Positions 23,567-35,316 are shown, numbered from the stretch's first letter. The stretch: 64,000 nt of DNA from Candidatus Spyradocola merdavium (GCA_018711265.1 DVIM01000026.1:13592-77591), one strand, 5' to 3'. Numbers and translations: made by a program. The notes: generated from the letters alone by a model not told the origin.

Positions 23567-24082
23567 TTACCACTTCTTGCCGTGGAATCGGAAGATGGGC
23601 GCGCTGATGACGTCCCACCTGTGCAGCCTGCGGATCAGCGCATAGACCGGCACGAGCACCACCGCATTGAGCAGGCCGCAGGCCAGGATCTTCAGGAACG
23701 CATATCCCCAGCCCACCTGCGCCCGCGAAAAGTACAGATAGACGACGGGCACCATTTCCTTGACCACGTAGGCCGCAAGGAGCGCAAGCGCCGGGAGCAC
23801 ATAGCGGTCCAGCCGGAAGCGGAATCCCGCAAGGCCCACCAGCATCCCCAGGGCCATGTATTGCAGGGCATAAAAGCCCATCTGTCCAAAGACGCAGTCC
23901 AGGATCAGCCCCACCGCAAGGCCGCCCACCGCGCCGTAGAGCCACCCTTGCGTCAGCGCCAGGCTCGCCAGCACCACCGCGATCAGGTCCACCCCGACGC
24001 CGCGGACCTCCAGGTTCGCCGCGAGCGTCGTCTGGTAGAGCAGGGCGGGAAGCAGAAGGAGCACGTCCACCACGATGCGCAT
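23567..24082 (-). CDS. mreD: rod shape-determining protein MreD
   Basis: 171-aa polytopic membrane protein immediately after mreC. Confidence 0.85.
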   Translation of the reverse strand: MRIVVDVLLLLPALLYQTTLAANLEVRGVGVDLIAVVLASLALTQGWLYGAVGGLAVGLILDCVFGQMGFYALQYMALGMLVGLAGFRFRLDRYVLPALALLAAYVVKEMVPVVYLYFSRAQVGWGYAFLKILACGLLNAVVLVPVYALIRRLHRWDVISAPIFRFHGKKW

Positions 24083-24940
24083 CTATTCCGCCTCCTCCGT
24101 GCTCATGATGAGCACATCCTCGATGTGGGCAAAGTCCACCGCCGGGGTCAGGACCACGTAGCGGTCGTCCTCGCCCGTTGTGCGGGAGATGGAGCGCACC
24201 GTGCCGATCAAAAGGCCCTTGGGGTAGACGCCGTCGAGCCCGGAGGTGATCACGCGATCGCCGGTGTTGATCTCGCTGCCGTCGGGCAGGTAGTTCATGC
24301 GCAGCATTTCGTCGTTATCATAGACGTAGAGCGAGCCGTGGCAGATGCCGTTGTCGCGCGTGCGCTCCACCATGCCCGCGACGGCCGAGCGCGAGTCGAT
24401 GAGGGTGATGACCGTTGCGGTGGAATCGGTCACGCTCATCACGCGGCCGATGAGCCCGGAGTCGTTGAGCACGGGGTCGTCCTTTTTCACGCCGTCGCGC
24501 TCGCCCTTGTCCACCGTGAAGGTGGAGAACCAGCCGCCCGCCTCCTTGGCCACGACCGAGGCCGCGATGTAGTCCGTCTCCGGCGTGGTCTCGGTGACGT
24601 TCAGCAGGCCGAGGAGCCGGTCGTTTTCCTTCTGCAGTTCGCTCATCTGGGCGACCTGGGCCTCCAGCTGCCGGTTGCGCTCGGTGAGCACGACGATCTC
24701 CTCGTTGAGCTCAGCGATGGTGCTGCGCTCCTCCATCCCGGAGCGGACGGCGTTGTAGGCGTCGGTCACAAAGCCCTGCACGGGGGTGACCACGGCGCTC
24801 ACCGCATTCTCCAGGAAGGGAATCTTGACAATTCCCGTCACCGAAAGCCCGAACAGCGCAACCAGCAGGCACAGGACCGCCCCGCAGACGATCAGGGCGA
24901 TCTTGTGCCTGCCAAGGCCCTGGGTAAATCGCATTTTCAT
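24083..24940 (-). CDS. mreC: rod shape-determining protein MreC
   Basis: N-terminal TM, a coiled coil (NEEIVVLTERNRQLEAQVAQMSELQKEN), and C-terminal beta domains. Follows mreB. Confidence 0.9.
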   Translation of the reverse strand: MKMRFTQGLGRHKIALIVCGAVLCLLVALFGLSVTGIVKIPFLENAVSAVVTPVQGFVTDAYNAVRSGMEERSTIAELNEEIVVLTERNRQLEAQVAQMSELQKENDRLLGLLNVTETTPETDYIAASVVAKEAGGWFSTFTVDKGERDGVKKDDPVLNDSGLIGRVMSVTDSTATVITLIDSRSAVAGMVERTRDNGICHGSLYVYDNDEMLRMNYLPDGSEINTGDRVITSGLDGVYPKGLLIGTVRSISRTTGEDDRYVVLTPAVDFAHIEDVLIMSTEEAE

Positions 24941-24971
24941 CTTCCCTTTCGTGTGCCGAGGGGGAAAGCGC

Positions 24972-26009
24972 CTACGCTTCCTCCGCCACGCGCGTGATGT
25001 GCTTCAGGCGCTCCAGGTCCCCGGAGAGGATGCCCGTGCCGATGGCCACGCAGTCCATGGGGTTGTCCGCCAGGACCACGGGCATGCCCGTCTGCTGGGA
25101 AATGAGCAGATCCAGGCCCGAGAGCTGTGCGCCGCCGCCGGTCAGGTAGATGCCGCGCTCCATGATGTCGCTGGCCAGCTCCGGCGGCGTGTTCTCCAGG
25201 CAGGTGCGCAGGTTGTTCATGATGACGCCCAGGGGGTCCTTGAGCGCCTCGGTGATCTCGTCGTTGCTGATCTCGATCATGTGCGGCAGGCCCGTGATGA
25301 GGTCGCGGCCGCGCACCATGACGGTCTCGCGCCGCTTGAGCGGGATGGCCGAGCCGATGCCGATCTTGACCTCCTCGGCCGTGCGCTCGCCGATGAGCAG
25401 GTTGTACTCGTTCTTGATGAAGTTGATGATGGCCTCGTCCATCTTCTGGCCGGCCGTGCGCACGGAGCAGGAGGTGACCACGCCGTTCATGGAGAGCACC
25501 GCCATCTCCGACGTGCCGCCGCCGATGTCCACGACCATGGAGCCGCTCGCCTCCTCCACGGGGAGCCCCGCGCCGATGGCGGCCGCCATGGGCTCGTCCA
25601 CCAGGTGCACCGAGCGCGCGCCGGCGTTGCGCACCACCTGCTCCACGGCCTGGCGCTCCACGGGCGTGATGCCGCAGGGCACGCAGACCACAACGCGCGG
25701 GCGCACGATGGGCACGGAGAAGTCGTTCGCCTTGTGGATCAGGTATTTGATCATCACCTGCGTCGAGTCCAGATCCGCGATGACGCCCTCGGTCACGGGA
25801 TGGATGGCCGTGATGTTGGAGGGCGTGCGGCCCATCATCTTCTTGGCCTCCTCGCCCACGGCCAGCACCTGCCGCCGCGCGTCCGAGCGCACAGCCACCA
25901 TCGTCGGCTCCCGCAGCACGATGCCCTTGCCGTCCACGTAGACGACGATGTTGGCCGTGCCCAGGTCGAACCCCATGTTGCGGCTCATGAATTTAACGCC
26001 TAATGCCAT
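24972..26009 (-). CDS. mreB: rod shape-determining actin homologue MreB
   Basis: GFDLGTANIVVYV.., DIGGGTSEMAVLS and related blocks. ATG 26009 has a GGAGGGGG RBS. The track start is 30 nt further upstream. Confidence 0.95.
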   Translation of the reverse strand: MALGVKFMSRNMGFDLGTANIVVYVDGKGIVLREPTMVAVRSDARRQVLAVGEEAKKMMGRTPSNITAIHPVTEGVIADLDSTQVMIKYLIHKANDFSVPIVRPRVVVCVPCGITPVERQAVEQVVRNAGARSVHLVDEPMAAAIGAGLPVEEASGSMVVDIGGGTSEMAVLSMNGVVTSCSVRTAGQKMDEAIINFIKNEYNLLIGERTAEEVKIGIGSAIPLKRRETVMVRGRDLITGLPHMIEISNDEITEALKDPLGVIMNNLRTCLENTPPELASDIMERGIYLTGGGAQLSGLDLLISQQTGMPVVLADNPMDCVAIGTGILSGDLERLKHITRVAEEA

Positions 26010-26063
26010 CTTTGGGTTTCCCCCTCCTGTAAAATTCAAAAAAACATCGCGCCGGCCGCCCCG

Positions 26064-26627
26064 CTAGCGGAGGCCCGCCTCGCGCAGGAGCGCGCGCAGT
26101 CCATACAGCGAAAGGCCGACCGTCGCATAATAATCGCCCTCAATCCTTCGCACCAGCGCCCCGCCCAGGCCCTGAATGCCGTAGGCGCCCGCCTTGTCCA
26201 GGGGCTCGCCCGTCGCGACATATTCTTCGATCTCTTCTTTCGTCAGGTCGCCGAAGTGGATCACGGCCCGGTCGCAGCGCTCCCAGCGCGCGCCGGTTTC
26301 GGCGTCCAGCAGGCACATGCCGGTGAGCACCTCGTGCGCCCGGCCCGAGAGCGCGGCGAGCATCTGCGCCGCCTCCCGCTCGTCGCGCGGCTTGCCCAGC
26401 GCCTTTCCGTCGAGAAAAACGAGCGTATCCGCCGCGAGCACCCGGCCGCGGCCCGCGCGCGCGGCGACGTCCTCCGCCTTCCTGCGGGCCAGCGCCCGGA
26501 CGCAGGCCTCCGGCTCGCCCGAAACCTCCTCGTCCACCTGCGCGGGGCGCACCGAAAACGGCACGCCCATGCGCCGGAGCAGCTCCGCCCGCCGCGGCGA
26601 CGCGGAGGCCAATAGGATTTCTTCCAT
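26064..26627 (-). CDS. maf: Maf-like nucleoside triphosphate pyrophosphatase
   Basis: ILLASASPRRAELL..DKAGAYGIQG is typical Maf. Confidence 0.92.
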   Translation of the reverse strand: MEEILLASASPRRAELLRRMGVPFSVRPAQVDEEVSGEPEACVRALARRKAEDVAARAGRGRVLAADTLVFLDGKALGKPRDEREAAQMLAALSGRAHEVLTGMCLLDAETGARWERCDRAVIHFGDLTKEEIEEYVATGEPLDKAGAYGIQGLGGALVRRIEGDYYATVGLSLYGLRALLREAGLR

Positions 26628-26630
26628 CTC

Positions 26631-26885
26631 TTACATCCTTCTGTAGATCACAAAGGCGATCACCATGCCCAGCATGGAGCCGATGTTGACGTGGAGCACA
26701 AGCCCCAGGGTAAAGGTCACAACGCCCAGGTCCAGCGTCAGCGGCGCGCCCGTGGTCCCCACCGTGATCGACCGGGAGAAGATCTCCGGGAGATACGGCG
26801 TCACCAGCGACCACAGAAGGCTGCCGATGATCGCGCCGACCAGGATCATCAGCAGGAGCATCCAGGGCTCGGTTCTGGCTTTCAT
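26631..26885 (-). CDS. small membrane protein, DUF4321-like
   Basis: 84 aa with two hydrophobic segments, positioned directly upstream of maf. The family call is from memory of the pattern and position. Confidence 0.6.
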   Translation of the reverse strand: MKARTEPWMLLLMILVGAIIGSLLWSLVTPYLPEIFSRSITVGTTGAPLTLDLGVVTFTLGLVLHVNIGSMLGMVIAFVIYRRM

Positions 26886-26888
26886 GGC

Positions 26889-28988
26889 TTACTCCTCTCC
26901 CTCCTGCGGCTCCGTGCTCTCCGTGGAGGTTTCCGTCGACGTCTCCGCCGATCCGGACTCGCGCGGGGTCACGCCCTGGTAAATCTCGCCCTGCACTTCC
27001 TTGTAGTAGTCGTCGCGCAGCAGCTCGCGGGAGACCTCCTCGCCGTCCTTTTTGATCACGCGGTAGGAGCGCACCTTGATGCCGTCGCGCGCCTTCTTCT
27101 TGACCTTTGTCTCGTCCGTATAGGTCACGTGCTCGCCCTCGGTGTCCAGGATGATCTTGGGCTCCTCCGGCTCAATGGTCTCGTAGACGTCGGTCACGAT
27201 CTCGATCTCCGTCCCCTCCTCCAGCGGATAGCCGTAGATGGAGAAGACGACGGAATTGCCCGATACGCGCCCCTCCAGGAAGATGGGGTAGTCCGTGTTG
27301 TTCTTGAAGATCAGGTCCTTGTAATCATAGGCCACGGCCGCATCCGTTCCCACGTCCACGTAGGAGACGGGCATGCTGTGCTTGTTGGAGCGAACGATCT
27401 CGATATTGGCCTTGACCAGGGCCTGGTAGAGGGTCGTGGAAACCTGGCAGACGCCGCCGCCCGGGCCGTCGACGATCTCGTCGTCCTCGATGACGCCCGC
27501 GTTCTGGTAGCCCTGCTCTAGGCCGCGCGGCCCGGTCGTGGCGTTGAAGGAGACCTCCTGTCCAGGCTGCACGACCATGCCGTTGAAGTAGGACAGCGCG
27601 GTCTTGATGTTGTGGATTCTCGCATCCGAGGAGTCGCCCAGGTCCGTCGACGTGCGCACGATGCGCGTCGTGGCCTGCTCCAGGTCCGCCGCAAAGACCG
27701 TGGGCGAGACGATGTCGGGCTTGACCTCGATGACGGTGGTAAAGCCGTTGTCCAGCTGCGTCTTCACCTGTCCAATCAGGGTCGAAAGGTCCACGCTGCG
27801 GCCGTTGCTCTCGGGCGTAATGGTGAACTTCTCCTCCGCCGAAGGGTCAAAGGAGATGCTCGCGTTCGTCGCGGCCAGGTCCACGGCGTCCTTGACCTCG
27901 GTCAGCTTCTGCTCGAGCAGCTCCTCGTCGTAGGACAGCGCCGTCGAGAGGTTCTGCCCCTCCGTCTTCAGGCGCGAGATCTCCTGCTGGCGCGCAAAGA
28001 TGTTCCCCGTGCGCCCGAGGTTCCAGGCCTCCTCCAGCTTCTCGTCGATGTCCAGGGACACGCCCATCTGCTCGGGCGCGATGGACCACTCCCGATCGTT
28101 GTAGGCCAGGCGCACGGTCATGGCCTCAATGCGGTCGGCGTTGAGCGTCACGAGCTTTTCGCGCGCCTCCTCCATGGTGTAGCCGTTGAGCTTGAGCCCG
28201 TCGACCGACACGCCCGGATAGAACGTGTCCGCCCCGCTGCCCAGGTCCACCGCCAGCTTCACGCCAAAGATCCCCAGGACCACCACAACCACCGCCGCAA
28301 GCAGCGCGATGCGCTGCATCCGGCGCCTGCGCTGGCGCTGCTGCTGCTTGACCTGGAAGGCGTACTCCTGGTCCGCGGTGCGCATGGAGGGGTCGATCCG
28401 CTCCCCGCCGCGCGCGGACGCCTGGCGCGCCCCACGGCGTCCCTCCGGCGCGCCCTCTCCGGGGCGCGGCCTTCCCTCGCGCATCGGGCGCTCGCCCGCG
28501 GCGCGCGCCTCCTGCGCCCGCTGCGCCGGCGCAGGCCGGGACCCTGGCACGGGGCGGCTGCCCGACACGGGCCGGGACCCCGACGCGGGCCGGCTCCCCG
28601 ACGCGGGCCGGCTCTCCGACGCGGGCCGGCTGCCCGACACGGGCCGGCTCCCCGACGCGGGGCGGCTGCCCGGCGCGGGATGGCTGCCCGGCACGGGATG
28701 GCTGCCCGGCACGGGATGGCTGCCCGGCACGGGCCGGACCCCCGGCGCGCGAGGCTCCGACGCCGGGCGCCGCCGCGCCTGTCCTGCCCCCGCGGCGGGA
28801 TTCCCCTCCGCGGGCCTTCTCCCCTCTGCGTTCGACCGCGCTTCCGCCTGCGCCCGGTCCGGGGCATGGCGCGGCGCCCCGGCCTGCGCGCCCGCAGGCC
28901 GGGGCCCGCCGAGCGGCTGATCCTGAAGCTCGCGGCGCTCCGCCTCCCCGGCGCGGTCCGCGCCCTCCGTTTTTCTCTTGTCTGTCAT
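26889..28988 (-). CDS. VanW family protein with a repeat-rich disordered N-terminus, one TM segment, a PG_binding_4-like region, a VanW domain and a G5-like C-terminus
   Basis: GGGVCQVSTTLYQALVKANIEIV..HSMPVSYV is the VanW core. ATG 28988 is preferred (MTDKRKTEG). The track start is at 29024. Confidence 0.85.
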   Translation of the reverse strand: MTDKRKTEGADRAGEAERRELQDQPLGGPRPAGAQAGAPRHAPDRAQAEARSNAEGRRPAEGNPAAGAGQARRRPASEPRAPGVRPVPGSHPVPGSHPVPGSHPAPGSRPASGSRPVSGSRPASESRPASGSRPASGSRPVSGSRPVPGSRPAPAQRAQEARAAGERPMREGRPRPGEGAPEGRRGARQASARGGERIDPSMRTADQEYAFQVKQQQRQRRRRMQRIALLAAVVVVVLGIFGVKLAVDLGSGADTFYPGVSVDGLKLNGYTMEEAREKLVTLNADRIEAMTVRLAYNDREWSIAPEQMGVSLDIDEKLEEAWNLGRTGNIFARQQEISRLKTEGQNLSTALSYDEELLEQKLTEVKDAVDLAATNASISFDPSAEEKFTITPESNGRSVDLSTLIGQVKTQLDNGFTTVIEVKPDIVSPTVFAADLEQATTRIVRTSTDLGDSSDARIHNIKTALSYFNGMVVQPGQEVSFNATTGPRGLEQGYQNAGVIEDDEIVDGPGGGVCQVSTTLYQALVKANIEIVRSNKHSMPVSYVDVGTDAAVAYDYKDLIFKNNTDYPIFLEGRVSGNSVVFSIYGYPLEEGTEIEIVTDVYETIEPEEPKIILDTEGEHVTYTDETKVKKKARDGIKVRSYRVIKKDGEEVSRELLRDDYYKEVQGEIYQGVTPRESGSAETSTETSTESTEPQEGEE
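28535..28750. repeat. about 12 tandem copies of an 18-bp unit inside the VanW-like gene
   Basis: Units such as ccggctccccgacgcggg / atggctgcccggcacggg encode P(V/A)(P/S)GS(H/R) hexapeptides. Three consecutive copies at 28679-28732 are identical. Confidence 0.9.
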
Positions 28989-29049
28989 AGGCTTCCTACG
29001 CTCCCGTATCGTGATCGCGGGCAAAGGGCCCGTATGTTAACAACGCCAC

Positions 29050-29079
29050 ATTATACCATGATTGCCTGCCTTTGCGCAA
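29050..29079 (-). promoter_or_regulatory. sigmaA promoter, TTGCGC-18 nt-TGgTATAAT, upstream of the VanW-like gene
   Basis: Read directly on the minus strand. Confidence 0.6.
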
Positions 29080-29089
29080 ATCCCGTTCC

Positions 29090-29950
29090 TCATGGAGAAA
29101 CGGCCTGCGCCTTCTGCGCCGCTTCCACGGCCTCGCACAGGCGCGCCGCGCAGTCCTGCGCGTCCTCCCAGCGGGCAAGGCCCGTGCCCAGGTCCACGTC
29201 CGGCCGCGTCGCGCCGTGGAAGTCGCTGCCGCCGGTGACGAGCAGCCCGTATCTGCGCGCCATGCGCCGCAGGAAGGCCTCTGTCGCGGGCGTGTGCGCG
29301 TTGTGGTAGCACTCCAGGCCCATCAGCCCTGCGCCGCACATGGCGTGGATCCACTGCTCCAGCTCCGTCTCGCTGAGCTTGAGCAGGCCGCCGTGCGCCA
29401 ATACAGGAACGCCGCCAGCCGCGCGAATGTTCCGGATCACCGCCTCGGAGGTCATCTTTCGGCGCTCGGCATAGGCGCGCGCGCCCAGGCCGATGTACTC
29501 GCGAAAGGCCGTGCGCACGTCCGGCACCACGCCGTGCTGCACGAGCACGCGGGCGATGTGCGGCCGGCCGATCGCGCCGCCCGCCAGCGCCTCCACCTCC
29601 TCGACCTCGATGGGGATGCCCATGCCCTGCAGGTTTTCGATGATGCGGACCATCCGCTCCACGCGCGCCCTGCGCATGTCCTCCAGCATCTCCCGCATGA
29701 CGGGGTGGTCCGGCGACATGCCGTAGCCCAGCAGGTGGACCTCCAGCGCCACGCCCGAGCTGATCTCCACGCCCGGCAGGACCCGCACCCCGGCGCGCGC
29801 GCCCGCGGCCAGGGCCTCCGGCACGCCGTCCATGGTGTCGTGATCCGTCACGGCCAGCAGGGAGAAGCCCCTCTCCGCGCCCAGGCGCACCACCTGCTCG
29901 GGCGCCAGCGTCCCATCTGAGGCCGTGGTGTGAATGTGCAAATCCAGCAT
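29090..29950 (-). CDS. PHP-domain metal-dependent phosphoesterase (TrpH/YciV-like)
   Basis: MLDLHIHTTASDGTLAPEQVV..AVTDHDTMDG..GGSDFHG match the PHP motifs. Confidence 0.88.
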   Translation of the reverse strand: MLDLHIHTTASDGTLAPEQVVRLGAERGFSLLAVTDHDTMDGVPEALAAGARAGVRVLPGVEISSGVALEVHLLGYGMSPDHPVMREMLEDMRRARVERMVRIIENLQGMGIPIEVEEVEALAGGAIGRPHIARVLVQHGVVPDVRTAFREYIGLGARAYAERRKMTSEAVIRNIRAAGGVPVLAHGGLLKLSETELEQWIHAMCGAGLMGLECYHNAHTPATEAFLRRMARRYGLLVTGGSDFHGATRPDVDLGTGLARWEDAQDCAARLCEAVEAAQKAQAVSP

Positions 29951-30049
29951 GGTTTCCCCCCCTTTACTTCATAACCTATAGGTATTTGCCGGCTATCCCC
30001 GCTTTTCCTGCCAATCGGCCAAAGTTTAACCTATCGTTCGTTTTTTTGC

Positions 30050-30086
30050 AAAAACAGGCAGCGTCCGCTTGCGGAACGTCTGCCTG
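30050..30086 (-). terminator. intrinsic terminator of ftsH
   Basis: Minus strand: CAGGCAGACGTTCCGC-aa-GCGGACGCTGCCTG followed by TTTTTGCAAAAAAA. Confidence 0.8.
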
Positions 30087-30099
30087 TCTGCAACAAATC

Positions 30100-32031
<1,932 letters not shown>

Positions 32032-32071
32032 TTTGACAAAACGCCTCCCTTCAAAGGGCTATCCCTTGGGT

Positions 32072-32617
32072 TTACGCATACATTTTCGGGCTGAGGATGC
32101 AGACGTCCGGCAGGTTGCGGTAGTGTTCCGCATAGTCCAGGCCGTAGCCGACCACGAACTCGTCCGGAATGGTGAAGCCGATGTAGTCCGCCTGGAGCTC
32201 CACGCGGCGGCGCTCCGGCTTATCCAGGAGCGTGAGCAGCTTCAGGGACGCGGGCCCGCGCGTGCGCAGGTTGTCCTTGAGGTAGCTCATGGACATGCCG
32301 CTGTCCACGATGTCCTCGACGATGAGCACGTCCTTGCCCTCGATGCCGTGGTCCAGGTCCTTGAGGATCCGCACAACGCCCGAGGACTTCGTCGAGGAGC
32401 CGTAGCTCGAGATGGCCATAAAGTCGATGGAACAGGGAATGGTCAAGCGCCGGAGCAGGTCCGCAAAGACCGCGACCGCGCCCTTGAGGATGCAGACGAC
32501 CAGCAGGTCGTGCCCCGCGTAGTCCGCATTGACGCGCGCGGCCAGTTCGTCCAGCCGCTTTTGAATCTCTTCATTGGAAATGAGTACGCGCTCGATCTCG
32601 TCCTTCGAATACTCCAT
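32072..32617 (-). CDS. hpt: hypoxanthine phosphoribosyltransferase
   Basis: VLIVEDIVDSGMSMSYL PRPP-binding motif. Conserved tilS-hpt-ftsH order. Confidence 0.93.
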   Translation of the reverse strand: MEYSKDEIERVLISNEEIQKRLDELAARVNADYAGHDLLVVCILKGAVAVFADLLRRLTIPCSIDFMAISSYGSSTKSSGVVRILKDLDHGIEGKDVLIVEDIVDSGMSMSYLKDNLRTRGPASLKLLTLLDKPERRRVELQADYIGFTIPDEFVVGYGLDYAEHYRNLPDVCILSPKMYA

Positions 32618-32621
32618 ACGT

Positions 32622-33917
32622 CTACTCCTTCGGTTTTCTATATTGAATGGTCAGGGCCCGCGCGCTGTTGGGACCGATGGCGCAGGCGGCGCTCGGCGCG
32701 ACGCCCGCCACCCAGACGATCTCCTCTCCGCATGTCAGGACCGGCACGCGGCCGCGCAGCGCGCGCGGCACCTTTTGATCGGTAAAAATGTCGCTGAGCT
32801 TCTTGGTTCCGCCGCCCAGCAGGCGCACCCGGTCGCCCGCGCGCCGCGCGCGCACGGCGAGGCCGGCCGACGCCGCGTCCGCGTCCAGGACCTGCGCATC
32901 GCGCCCCAGGTCCAGGCACGGGGGCACCGCCCCGACGCGCAGGGAAAAGCAGCCGAACGGCGTCTCGTTTTCCCCCAGGTGCAGCGGGATGGATTCCATG
33001 GGCGCTTCGCCTGGAACGGGCCGCACACCCTGCGCATCCCGCTCCAGCAGCGCCCCGCAGAGGCTGGCACGCTTGCCGGCCCCGAGGGAAAAGAGCCCCT
33101 CCAGCCGGTCCACGTCCGCCTGCCCCGCCTCCCGCAGGCCCAGGCGCACGAGGTATTCGTGCAGCACCGCGCCGCGCAGGCCGGGATGCAGGTCGCGCAC
33201 GTCGGAAAGCGCGTCCCCGCGCATCCGCTCCCGCAGGACGGAGTCCGCCTGCTGCGCGATGTAGTCGCTCTGGTCGCGGCTCAGGGCCGCGAGGCGGGCG
33301 ATGGCCTCCACCGCGCGGGGGTTGAGGGTCTCCAGGCGCGGGATCACCTCGTGCCGCACGTAGTTTCGCGCAAAAGCGGTGTCCGCATTCGTCTCGTCCT
33401 GCACAAAGGGCAGTCCCTTTTCCTGTGCATAGCGCAGGATCTCCGCGCGCGAAAAGGGCAGCAGCGGCCGCAGGAGGTCCCCCTCCTCTTCGCGCATCCC
33501 GGAAAGCCCCCGCGGCGAGGACCCGCGCACCAGGTGCAGGAGCACGGTCTCGGCCTGGTCGTTGCGGTGGTGGGCCGTGAGGATGCAGTCCAGGCCGCGC
33601 CTGCGCTTCTCCTCCCGGAGGAAGGCGTAGCGCAGGTCCCTGGCGGTTTCCTCCAGCCCGCGGCCGCTCGCGCGCGCCCTGGCGGGAACGTCTACATGCG
33701 CAACCGCCAACGGCACGCCGAGCCGGGCGCAGAGCGCCTCGACAAAGGCGCAGTCCCGTTGGGAGTTCTCCCCCCGCATGCCGTGCTCGACGTGCGCGGC
33801 GACGACCTGCGCCCGCAGCGCCAGCAGGAGATGCAGCAGCACCACGGAGTCCACGCCGCCCGAGAGCGCCACCAGGGCGCTGCGCCCCTTCAGGCATTCC
33901 GCAACGTGTTCCCGCAC
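32622..33917 (-). CDS. tilS: tRNA(Ile)-lysidine synthase
   Basis: LVALSGGVDSVVLLHLL PP-loop. Followed by hpt and ftsH. Confidence 0.9.
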   Translation of the reverse strand: MREHVAECLKGRSALVALSGGVDSVVLLHLLLALRAQVVAAHVEHGMRGENSQRDCAFVEALCARLGVPLAVAHVDVPARARASGRGLEETARDLRYAFLREEKRRRGLDCILTAHHRNDQAETVLLHLVRGSSPRGLSGMREEEGDLLRPLLPFSRAEILRYAQEKGLPFVQDETNADTAFARNYVRHEVIPRLETLNPRAVEAIARLAALSRDQSDYIAQQADSVLRERMRGDALSDVRDLHPGLRGAVLHEYLVRLGLREAGQADVDRLEGLFSLGAGKRASLCGALLERDAQGVRPVPGEAPMESIPLHLGENETPFGCFSLRVGAVPPCLDLGRDAQVLDADAASAGLAVRARRAGDRVRLLGGGTKKLSDIFTDQKVPRALRGRVPVLTCGEEIVWVAGVAPSAACAIGPNSARALTIQYRKPKE

Positions 33918-33951
33918 CGCCTTGCCCTCCTATGGAATCAATCAGTTTCTA

Positions 33952-33980
33952 ATTTTATATGGACTGCAAAGATATTTCAA
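33952..33980 (-). promoter_or_regulatory. sigmaA promoter for tilS-hpt-ftsH, TTGAAA-17 nt-TAAAAT
   Basis: Read directly on the minus strand, in an AT-rich spacer. Confidence 0.6.
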
Positions 33981-34007
33981 GCCCTGAATCAAATTGTTTG
34001 GTTTTTT

Positions 34008-34475
34008 TTAACCGCCGGCCTCCCGCGCGGCCTCTTCCTCGCGCAGGGCGCGCTCCATGTTCCGGGCGACGCGGCGCATGTACTCCTCAAACTGCGCGCG
34101 CTCCTCGGCGGAAAACCCGTCCAGCAGCTCCGCGGCGACGCGGCCGACCTGCCGCTCGCCCATCTCGCACATGCGCTTCCCCTCCTCGGAGAGGTGCACG
34201 CGCAGGATGCGCTGGTCCCGTCCGTCCATCTCGCGCTCGATGAGCCCGGCGCGCTCCATGCGCTTTAAGGTGACCGTCATCGTCGCCGGCGAGAGGTTCA
34301 GCGCGCGCGCCATCTCCTTTTGGCTCATGCCGTCGCGCTTGTGCAGCAGGGCCATGATCGGCGGCTGCCCGCGGTAGAGTCCCACCTCTGCAAGCTGGGC
34401 CTGCATGCGGCTGTAGTACAGGCGCACCACGCGCGCAAACTCCACCTCAAACTGCATCATCAAGTCTTCTTCCAT
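34008..34475 (-). CDS. MarR family transcriptional regulator
   Basis: ..MSQKEMARALNLSPATMTVTLKRMERAGLIERE.DGRDQR is the MarR winged HTH. ATG 34475 has a GAGGAGGAGGAG RBS. The track ORF is an upstream run-on. Confidence 0.88.
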   Translation of the reverse strand: MEEDLMMQFEVEFARVVRLYYSRMQAQLAEVGLYRGQPPIMALLHKRDGMSQKEMARALNLSPATMTVTLKRMERAGLIEREMDGRDQRILRVHLSEEGKRMCEMGERQVGRVAAELLDGFSAEERAQFEEYMRRVARNMERALREEEAAREAGG

Positions 34476-34593
34476 CGCTCCTCCTCCTCGCATCGGGAGT
34501 TTATTTTCGCGTCTAACAATTCGTAGTCTAATCTTTCGGGGGGATTTTGTCAACCAAAATCTTTTGGGAAGCGGGGTTTTCCCGCCCGAGGGG

Positions 34594-34638
34594 AAAAAAA
34601 GGGACCCCCGACGCAAAGCAAACGCGGCGGAGGTCCCT
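34594..34638 (-). terminator. intrinsic terminator after phoU
   Basis: Minus strand: AGGGACCUCCGCCGCG..UGCGUCGGGGGUCCCU followed by U7. Confidence 0.65.
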
Positions 34639-34665
34639 CCTGTTTCCAAATCGCGGCCCGTGGCC

Positions 34666-35316
34666 TCAGACGATGATGTCGCTGTCCTGCTCCCCAACGA
34701 AGTAGAGCCACCAGCGCGCCCAGTTGACGATGTGGTCGCCCACGTGCTCGATGTACTGGGCGACGTTCACAGCGGTCATGACGTCGCTGTCCTGCGAGCG
34801 CAGGCCGCTCTGGCGCGTGATGCACTCGCGGTAGATCTGCTCGTAGAGCACGTCGACCTCGTCGTCCATGGTGAGGACGTTGCGCACGGCGTCGGTGCTC
34901 TCGTTGAGGGAGCTGGCGAGCATCCGCTCAAACATGGTGGCGGTGCGCTCACTCATGCGGTAGATGTCCTCGAGCAGCAGCACCTTTCCATACTGCGTGC
35001 GCAGGATGCAGCGGCCGATGGCCGCGGCCTGGTACCCGATGCGCTCCATCTCGTCCGCCAAGTGGATGATGTAAAACAGCCTGCGCAGGTCCACCGCGAC
35101 CGGGTGCTGGGTGGCGATCATGCGCATCACGCGCTCGTTGAGCGCCATGCGCATGGACCGGATGCGCTGGTCCTGTTCCAGAACGCGCTCCACAACCGTA
35201 AAGTCCCGGCGGCGCACGGCGTCCATGACATCCTGCAGCGTTTCGGACGCAAGGTTGCACATGTGGATGCTGTCGCGCTGAATGTCGCGCATTTCCTGAT
35301 CATAGATGCTACGCAT
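34666..35316 (-). CDS. phoU: phosphate signalling complex protein PhoU
   Basis: 216 aa with two PhoU repeats (..VVERVLEQDQRI.. and ..MDDEVDVLYEQI..). Follows pstB. Confidence 0.9.
   Translation of the reverse strand: MRSIYDQEMRDIQRDSIHMCNLASETLQDVMDAVRRRDFTVVERVLEQDQRIRSMRMALNERVMRMIATQHPVAVDLRRLFYIIHLADEMERIGYQAAAIGRCILRTQYGKVLLLEDIYRMSERTATMFERMLASSLNESTDAVRNVLTMDDEVDVLYEQIYRECITRQSGLRSQDSDVMTAVNVAQYIEHVGDHIVNWARWWLYFVGEQDSDIIV

Noticed and set aside
21125-24997. 1290-aa plus-strand ORF spanning the PBP2, mreD and mreC loci
   Set aside because: It is antisense to three well-supported genes. The sequence is low-complexity and rich in Arg, Gly, Ala, Val, Asp, His and Leu, with no motifs and no RBS. 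It is a stop-free shadow frame, as expected when third codon positions on the opposite strand are nearly all G/C.
28535-28750. Regular short repeats that might suggest a CRISPR array
   Set aside because: The units are contiguous 18-bp tandem repeats with no spacers. They are in frame inside a coding sequence. No cas genes are present in the window.
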